The notes below the pieces were generated by a model. The model saw only the letters and a list, made by a program, of their open reading frames with translations, was not told the DNA's origin and ran no database searches. Below, piece by piece: positions 24,893-64,000 of a stretch of 64,000 nt of DNA; position 1 is the stretch's first letter, and every line of letters starts with the position of its first letter. Source of the stretch: Amoebidium appalachense (taxonomy: Eukaryota; Protista; Ichthyosporea). A program made the position numbers and the translations under genes. The stretch lies in NCBI GenBank assembly GCA_963693365.1, contig CAVNZM010000004.1:13886524-13950523 (forward strand). The letters are read 5' to 3'.

Positions 24893-26300
24893 GGAAGGGG
24901 GTTCACGGGCAACCCACCCCTTCTATATGTGTGTGTGTGTGGGTGGGTGGGTGGGTGGGGGGAGGGGGGGGGGGGGGGGGGGGGGGGGGGCGGATATTGC
25001 TATGAGGCTCCTGGGGATCGGTACTGCCTGGAAGTCGGCAGTACTACATATTTGACTCAAATCATACATACAGAAATAACATACAGAACGTACTATTTCC
25101 GAGCCCTCCCCCCCCCCCCCCCCCCCCCCCCCCCCGCCGCGGCCGCGGCCCTCTCCCCCAGCCCCCCTCCCGCAGGCTCCCGTGGCACCCTCCGTGCCTC
25201 CGTGCCTTCCCCCCCCACCCCTATCGTGTCCCGCCCTCCCCCCACCCCTCCAGGGCTTCTATTTCTCCCCGGGCCCGGAGTCAAACTCTCCATTATTATA
25301 CACCATCGATATAAAAGGCCTTTCACAGCGAGACTCGCGTGTTATACATCATAATCTTTCTATACATACTCCAGGATGTCCCTTTGCATGCATCATTTCC
25401 CGCCCCAACATCTCGACCTAGCTAGGCCCCCGCGAGTGCTTTCTCCGTGAGCGCTTGTTATTATAAATGATATTCCAAACGTGCACTCTGGTGCACGTGT
25501 GGTGTGGACCCCACATAAATACTGGCACCACCATCACACCATGTAGTGAAGCATGTGCGGCGTCCGTACCCACAGCACACTGTTCACACACACACGCCAT
25601 CGCAGAAGCTTGTATTTTGCGGCACGCAAGTACCGTGGCGGCACCACCACCCTGGCGGCACCGTGACACCAGCCATGCATCACACACGCACAGGCGTAGC
25701 GACATGTCTATCATAGCATACGATATTATTAGCATATTATTACCCCCGGCAGCCTTTATATGTAGTATCATATAATGATCACCAACATTAACTTATAACC
25801 TTTTTTTATATAAATATACCTAATGTTTATATGTTTTGCAATGTGCACGAAACATTCACAGGGTTATATTTGGCGAAATGATGATGGCGTCAGTGATGGT
25901 TACGTACCTTCCAGAATCTAGATTTCATCTAAATTCTGATTGGGCACTTACTAAAATGGCTCAAATTTACCTAAATATGGCAGGTGATTTTCGTTTAATT
26001 GGATTAGCTTTACTGGGTTCCTATTGGCTAGAGCCGGGATATATAAAAACGATGCACGCAAATGGCGTCACATTTTCAACCATCCGGGTCTGTGCCATGA
26101 CCTTTTACCACAGCCGGAAACTCTCAGTTAACTTAATGTTTTGACCCATGCATTCATCCATTCTTTTGCACAATCTTCGTTCCAATACATACACGCAAGC
26201 ACCTGCTGATAAGGAGCGTGTCTCATTACCCCTACACTTTTATCATTAGTTATCATCTCGAATGGTTGGAGCTCACCAAGTGCAGACTAGAGCCACTTTC

Positions 26301-28649
26301 ATGATGGCTGTTCCAGGCACCATTATCGTGCTTTTGAGTTTGATGCTTGGCCTCTCTTCTGGGCAGCAGTATGCTATTCCCTCCTCAAAAACATTCTGCA
26401 TGCTTTACGGGCAAAAATACGACGCTGGCAGCTTGAAAGTCGACCTTGCTGCTGGGCCGAAACTGACCGTCACCTTCCAGTCAAACTACTATCTTCTGAA
26501 CACCCATGTCGCCATTGCATGCACAACGGGAGACATCACCCCTAGCGGGACGAACCCACCACCCGGGCAGTTCCAGTACCTTTCATCACCTCGGGCGGTT
26601 GGGGACAGCAATGATTACCTTCTTTCCAAAACCGACACTTATTCGTTCAACTTGGCTGGGCTGTCCTGCCCGTCGTCTTTCGTTATCGCCGCCCACGCTT
26701 CCAACATCCTCGGGGAAACCATCTGGGCGTGTGGCGACTGCAACAGCCAGGCTTCCTACTGCGACTACAGTTTCGACTCTTCGCGGTGGGCTTATTATGT
26801 GCCGTTTGGGGTGGCCAAGAGTCCATGCGAGACAGGACTCCATTCTTGCTCGCAAGGGTCTACATGTATCCCATCGTCTAACTCCACACTTGGATATACC
26901 TGCAAATGCCCAGTTGGCTATACATACGCAAACGGCCAATGCACAGACGTGAATGAGTGTAGTAACAGTCCGTGTGGCTCTCAAGCAACGTGCACGAACA
27001 CGCAGGGCAGCTTCACTTGCACTTGCAACAGCGGCTATAAATGGGACGGTGTTTCGACGTGTGCCGATGTGAACGAGTGCTACGACAACCCATGTGACTA
27101 CAAAGCAACCTGTGTGAACAAGCCGGGCACTTTTGGCTGCACCTGCAACGTTGGGTTTACTGGAAATGGCTTCTCCTGCTCAGACATCAACGAGTGTGAT
27201 GGCAACCCGTGCAGCCAGAGTGCCACCTGCCAGAACACAGTTGGCAGTTACTTGTGCGCATGTAACAGCGGCTTCAGCGGCAACGGTGTTTCATGTGTAG
27301 ACGTAAATGAGTGTTCACGGTGGCCTTCCCCCTGCAGCACCATGAGTGTATGCCAAAACGTACCCGGTAGCTATTCCTGTGCCTGCAACCGAGGCTACAT
27401 CGTCGACTCCACCGGCAGACAATGTAACGATATTGACGAATGTGCTTCTGGTTCACATACATGTAGTTCTACGGGATCATGCAGAAACAAAGCCGGGAGC
27501 TTCCAATGCACTTGCAATCCAGGGTACACGGGTAATGGTGTGAGTTGTATTGATATTGATGAGTGCGTGACAAACCCCTGCGACGACGATGCAACATGTT
27601 CGAATGCACCGGGTAGCTTCAGGTGTGCCTGCAAGGACGGCTACGCTGGGGACGGGAGAACGTGTTCTGATGTTAATGAGTGCAACCAACCGGACGTGTG
27701 TGGGAAAGGCGGCATCTGTGACAATACTCGTGGTAGTTTCACTTGCACATGTAACATCGGATACTATCGCGAAAACGGTGAGTGTAAGCCAGCAGACTAT
27801 TGCCTCCTTGGCATCGACAAATGTGGTGCCAACACGGAGTGCAACACAACGGCCAAGGGGCAGTACGAATGCCCATGCCTCCGTGGCTACGAGAAGGCAA
27901 GCACAAGCAATATGTCATGCCAAGATATCGACGAGTGTAGCCGGCGTATGTATCGGTGCTCGGAAAGCGCCCACTGTGTCAACACGGTTGGGGGTTATCG
28001 TTGTGACTGCAACAAAGGGTACCACGGTAACGGTGTTCTTTGCTACGAAGACGATGAGTGTGCGCTAAAAACTCACCAGTGCCACACCATGGCTACATGC
28101 AAAAAGGTGCCCGGTACTTACCAGTGCAAGTGCCGACCGGGCTTTGACGGTGACGGCCGAACTGTATGCAAGGCAACCGGGTTCTGTTCACTCCAGGTGG
28201 CGGGCACAAACACCACCCAAGGCCCCGTTAGCGTGTCGGTGTCGGACGTAGACTTCCCAACCGGTTGGCTACGTGTAACGCTAGCCACAGACCCCAACGA
28301 TGGCATTTACTCGGCACGGGTCGCTGCAGCTTGTTCTGTAGCTGCTTTGCCAGGTGTGGCCGACACAAGAGTTCCCCAGCCAGACCGTTTTTCTAGCTGT
28401 GACTCCTACATGTGCAGTGGTGAAGAGCATGCCACAGTCCGCTATTACTTTGACACTTTCCTCCTTAACGTCAAGAACCTCGGGTGCCGTCAGCTGATTG
28501 TCGCCGCCCACTATCGCCTTGAGAGTGGCAGGACTGGATTTGGGTGTGGAGGTTGTCTAGACAATGCACCCTATTGCTCCATTACTCTAAGCAATGACAT
28601 GCAGACCACTAGCTTTATTCCTTTCACTCTTGGTTATGTAAGCCGCTAA
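26301..28649 (+). CDS. Secreted fibrillin-like protein with 11 EGF repeats (8 with the D[IV][DN]EC calcium-binding consensus) between two homologous non-EGF domains; intronless (ORF open from 26262)
   Basis: Signal peptide MMAVPGTIIVLLSLMLGLSSG. Repeats of D[VI][ND]EC...C.N..G[SG][FY].C.C..G[YF].G.G..C. The flanking domains share L.VT[FL], [HR]VA.AC, P.P..F, I[AV]AAH, [WF].CG.C...YC and [YF][VI]PF. No transmembrane segment. Confidence 0.92.
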   Translation: MMAVPGTIIVLLSLMLGLSSGQQYAIPSSKTFCMLYGQKYDAGSLKVDLAAGPKLTVTFQSNYYLLNTHVAIACTTGDITPSGTNPPPGQFQYLSSPRAVGDSNDYLLSKTDTYSFNLAGLSCPSSFVIAAHASNILGETIWACGDCNSQASYCDYSFDSSRWAYYVPFGVAKSPCETGLHSCSQGSTCIPSSNSTLGYTCKCPVGYTYANGQCTDVNECSNSPCGSQATCTNTQGSFTCTCNSGYKWDGVSTCADVNECYDNPCDYKATCVNKPGTFGCTCNVGFTGNGFSCSDINECDGNPCSQSATCQNTVGSYLCACNSGFSGNGVSCVDVNECSRWPSPCSTMSVCQNVPGSYSCACNRGYIVDSTGRQCNDIDECASGSHTCSSTGSCRNKAGSFQCTCNPGYTGNGVSCIDIDECVTNPCDDDATCSNAPGSFRCACKDGYAGDGRTCSDVNECNQPDVCGKGGICDNTRGSFTCTCNIGYYRENGECKPADYCLLGIDKCGANTECNTTAKGQYECPCLRGYEKASTSNMSCQDIDECSRRMYRCSESAHCVNTVGGYRCDCNKGYHGNGVLCYEDDECALKTHQCHTMATCKKVPGTYQCKCRPGFDGDGRTVCKATGFCSLQVAGTNTTQGPVSVSVSDVDFPTGWLRVTLATDPNDGIYSARVAAACSVAALPGVADTRVPQPDRFSSCDSYMCSGEEHATVRYYFDTFLLNVKNLGCRQLIVAAHYRLESGRTGFGCGGCLDNAPYCSITLSNDMQTTSFIPFTLGYVSR

Positions 28650-30946
28650 CATACTCTTGCATACAGCAGTTGTTTGCTAATGAAAACGATAATGTAGTAT
28701 TAGTTCCTACGTGCTCGATGGATCCATAGAGGTAGTATGGATTTAGCATTGTTCTTAGAGGGTATACGGATGCACTAGACGACTTGTCGTTCTTATTATT
28801 CCCAACCTGTCAGACCGGAAACTTAAGCCGGGCAGCCTACTAGCGTAACTGACTGTTTGCCCTTGCATATGGATGTCCTTGGTCATAGTCAAGTTATAGT
28901 AAACGAAACTTTGCATGCTCGGTGCTGTTCCGGCAATGCAAGATGCCATCCTAATGCTATTCATCAATGTCACCGAGAGCATGCAAGCTAGTTGTGTGAA
29001 GTTGAGCCCCCCCCCCCCCCCCCCCCCCCCCCCTCCCCCAACACACACACAATGACCGCGCCCCCTCCCCACCCCTTCTCCCCCCCCCACCTCACTTCAC
29101 CCTCTCCTCCGTCAAAAAGTACTGGCGAACTTCAAGCATGATTATGTGCAATTGCCAAGGCGATGTACTGCTTTTACCCCCCCCCCCCCCCCCCCCCCCC
29201 TCCCCCGCCCCAACCTTTTTCCTTGGGGATAAGCAGGTCTTCTGGCCTTTAGGTAGGAGTCCAAACTTCTTTACCAGGGCTTGTTTACAGTTAAGATTTA
29301 GTTTTTGTGCGAATGCAATATATCTGTTATATTCTTTCTCTTAAAATGCACTGCTTTAAACAGTTGGTATGTATGTATTCTCCTGTTTGTGCACTTTTTT
29401 TCGCTTTGCTTGCACAGGTGAAGTTAGACTAGCACTTGCACAATGCACAGGCAATCATACTTCGTTAAGAAGGGCCACTGCAGCGGCGTTGCACACGTAC
29501 TTAGAAAAACTTAAACAATACACTGAAGTACAGATGAGCCAGACACTCCACTGTAGCGGTTACATCGATGCACTCAGCCACATGGCGTTCCTGCGCGCAA
29601 ATGTATTCCAAAGACAGCACGGTGCACATCAGCAGGAACACAAACGTTACACAGGCTGTGCGCATGCCTCCCCTCCTCCCCCCTCTCCCCCCCTCTCCCC
29701 CCCCAAACACACGTCACACGCACTTCATGCTCTTTCACCAATGGCCGAACATAATCTCTCCCTCTACGTCGCTGTCTTCTTAAAACCCCACTCTTTGTTT
29801 ATTATTTTGGTTTAAAGGATTTCTTCAGGATGGGCGGGGGGGAGAGGTGGGGGTGGGGGGAGGGAGGGGATTGAGGGGGTGTTAGGGGGAGTGTGGCAGA
29901 GGTACCGGTGTTAGGGAAAGTGAGACGCCTCCCTTCTCCTTATCCCATGATGCAGTCAAGTTATCAAAACTCCCGCCCCTTCTCTTCACTACGTTCTCAT
30001 ACTTGCCCGCCCCAGCAGCCCCCCCCCCCCCCCCCCCCCCCCCCCCACAAAAAAAAAAAAAAAAAAAAAAGACCCACCCACCCCACCCCGCACTTGGTGA
30101 CCCCGTTCCGCCATCGCCTGTTCCATTGGCCTCCTCCCCCCCCCCCCCCCCCCCCCCCCCCCCCACCCCCACCCCACCCCACCCCGTCTTATTTACTGCA
30201 TTGCAGAGAAATTCAGCCCCGCCAACATTCATGCCCATTGAACAATTTGCCATATAATAAATGCAACGGTTAACCGGTTGGCAAGTTATTCCATTCGGAA
30301 AGCCTTAGGTGTGAGGCTTAGGTCAAGCGGAAAACGATCCCAATGTGAATCTACAGCATGCCCAAGGCTTTCACGTATCCTGCTTTGGTTATAAATTGGT
30401 CTATCCAAAACATCCGTAAATCTTATCCAAAACATCCGTAAATCTAGCCAGACTGCATATTCACCACTTTCGTTTAAACCCTATATAAGCACACCACTTT
30501 CACGAGCTGACATCCGATCGATATCGGTGGGTGATTAAATTATGCTGGTTGACCCCCAATGGGGCCACCACCCATCTGAGCACGATATATTTGAATGCAT
30601 GTACGTGTCACAGTGTATGTGCGTGCGTGTACACGAGTGTGTGTGGTAACTGACCACGGGCGTGTCTGTATGGGTGTGTGCTTGAGTGGCAGTGCATCAA
30701 ATAACCCCCCCCCCCCCCCCCCCCCCCCCGCCCCCTTCTCCCTCCCCCTTCCCTCCGTTTCCCCCCCTCCTCACCCACCGCATACACTCACATACACACA
30801 CACGCACACGGGCCCAACACTCATAAGACACACATACACACGTCACAATAACACACACACACACAACACTCACCCAGGAACAGACACAGACAGACCCCCG
30901 CCCTCACCCCCCCCCCCCCCCCCCCCCCCACCCCCCTCCCACCCCC

Positions 30947-30992
<46 letters not shown>

Positions 30993-31375
30993 ACCACGAT
31001 GACCATAGGCTTGAAACGGTATGCACTGTCATCGAGGCTTCTGAAGCCTTCCGTTTTATTGACTTTCCTTTGCCCGACACCGCCTCCCCATCCACAATCT
31101 ATGCGACTTGAGTATACTGAACATAATAGCACGCCTATTTCACACATGTAGTTTCGTGTTGGTCATCATTTTGTATCACAAGATATGCCATATACTAAAG
31201 CTTAGGCTTTCACCTACTACATAAGAAGAAATCTGCGAAAGGCTTCCATTGATGATACTCGTATGCAAGCATATAGAATCGCACACCATGCACATAATCT
31301 TAAAAGTGCCAGCCTTCACACAAACGGGGCAGGCATCTGCCTAAGTATCTACCAATAGCCAAGCAGTATCAATGG

Positions 31376-55561
<24,186 letters not shown>

Positions 55562-56650
55562 GGTGAACACAAGATGCCTCGCGTTACCAAAACACCTTTT
55601 CCCACTGCTCTGCCTATTTAGGTGTTACTGGATCACTTGCCAAACCTAGAGTAGCGACAACGAAAAAACCCATAAGATCTTCCTGCAGCCTGGCGTTCTA
55701 CACTAGATGCCCACAAGATCTCCCCCCTATGTCATACCACTTGCCCGAACTCCCCTCTATGTCATACCACTTGCCCGAACTTACACGAGCATCTAAAATC
55801 TTCCCTCCTTCGTTTTCTCCTTCTTTTTGCGTCTGCTTTCTCTATGAGCTCTTATATACACGGCCGAAATTTTCTTGTAGACTGAGAGAGAGCCGGGCCT
55901 GGGAAAACGTTACACGACTCCCAAGGCACAAAGGCGGGTGGGTGGCTCACGTCACGATTACAAGTGATAAGTGCAAGCGACATGATTGGTTTATTTTACG
56001 CGCCAAATCACAAAATCTTATAGCTTGCCTCATAAAGCTAATGGATCGTGTCACTCATGACTCATGCTCTAGGGGGAAAACTGGCCGGTTGCCCGGCACA
56101 GTGAGTCCCACTAAGGTCACCTGAAAACGGTGACGTGCTGAACAGGAAAAAAGCCAGGTTTTGTTTGGTGTTTGCTTTATGGGGAGAGCTTGAAGCTAAA
56201 AGCAGCTCTTTTAACTAGCAGGCTTTTACTGTCTTTCACAACAGGGCTTTGTTACTTTCTTTACACAGATCAAAACTCAGAGGTTTTCTGAAAAGGATAC
56301 GTGTACCCAGCTGTCACAAACCAGTTTTTCGCTTTTTTTTTTTTTTTTTTTTTTTTTTGGCTTTTTTGCGCCCGAAGCTAGAGGCTAAAGCAATCTCTTA
56401 ACCTAGCAGGCATATACCTGTCATTTCACAAGAGGTATTTTTTGCCTTCTCTACACAGATTAAAGAATTGAAGAGACGTGGTAGTGGTAGGGCATACCCC
56501 TGTATGCCGACCAGTACTTGCTGCGGGAGTAAGCGCACAGGATAAACGAAGCTGTAGATCAGTCTCCCTAGTCACACTTTCTTTGTGAGTGTCGTGTGCA
56601 GGTCTACGGCGTACACAAAGAAGCAGGCTGCAGAGCGAGGAGAGCGGGCC
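55562..56650. promoter_or_regulatory. Divergent intergenic/promoter region between the SMC and multicopper oxidase genes, containing direct repeats
   Basis: Nearly free of microsatellites. A 30-bp tandem repeat (CTATGTCATACCACTTGCCCGAACT) lies at 55727-55781. A diverged ~80-90-bp direct repeat lies at ~56192-56270 and ~56374-56460. Confidence 0.45.

Positions 56651-64000
<7,350 letters not shown>

Noticed and set aside
25021-25044. GTACTGCC..GGCAGTAC hairpin as a Helitron 3' end or terminator
   Set aside because: No CTRR shortly downstream and no U-tract. An isolated 8-bp stem can arise by chance.
26506-28511. Overlapping alternative-frame and antisense ORFs in the EGF gene
   Set aside because: They are shadow ORFs of a repetitive coding sequence with no independent motifs.

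Overview
Eukaryotic genomic DNA with GT-AG introns packed with (CA)n/(GT)n, (GA)n and poly-C/poly-G tracts. Gene content and architecture would fit a unicellular holozoan-type protist, but that is inference only. Most entries in the ORF track are microsatellite artefacts. Seven protein-coding loci were reconstructed by eye: (1) the 3' end of an FxxN/GGA[IL] beta-helix repeat protein (<3-638, +); (2) an intronless secreted protein with four 6-Cys repeats (3773-4432, -); (3) a 6-exon APE2-type AP endonuclease (10742-17806, -) with a +1 frame break at a UUU_CGA site; (4) a head-to-head 6-exon CINP-like gene (18245-22720, +); (5) an intronless secreted protein with 11 EGF repeats between two copies of an unassigned domain (26301-28649, +); (6) a ~24 kb, roughly 35-40-exon divergent SMC ATPase absent from the ORF track as a unit (31376-55561, -), with SMC1/2/4-mosaic head motifs, a degenerate hinge GX6GX3GG motif, a 12-nt microexon and two non-canonical splice sites; (7) a divergently transcribed CotA/LPR1-like multicopper oxidase running off the window (56651->64000, +). 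There is also a decayed non-LTR retrotransposon nested in an inverted-repeat element, a hairpin MITE-like insert, a dispersed repeat and several minisatellites. No rRNA, confident tRNA or CRISPR array was found. All family calls come from motif recognition, not database searches.
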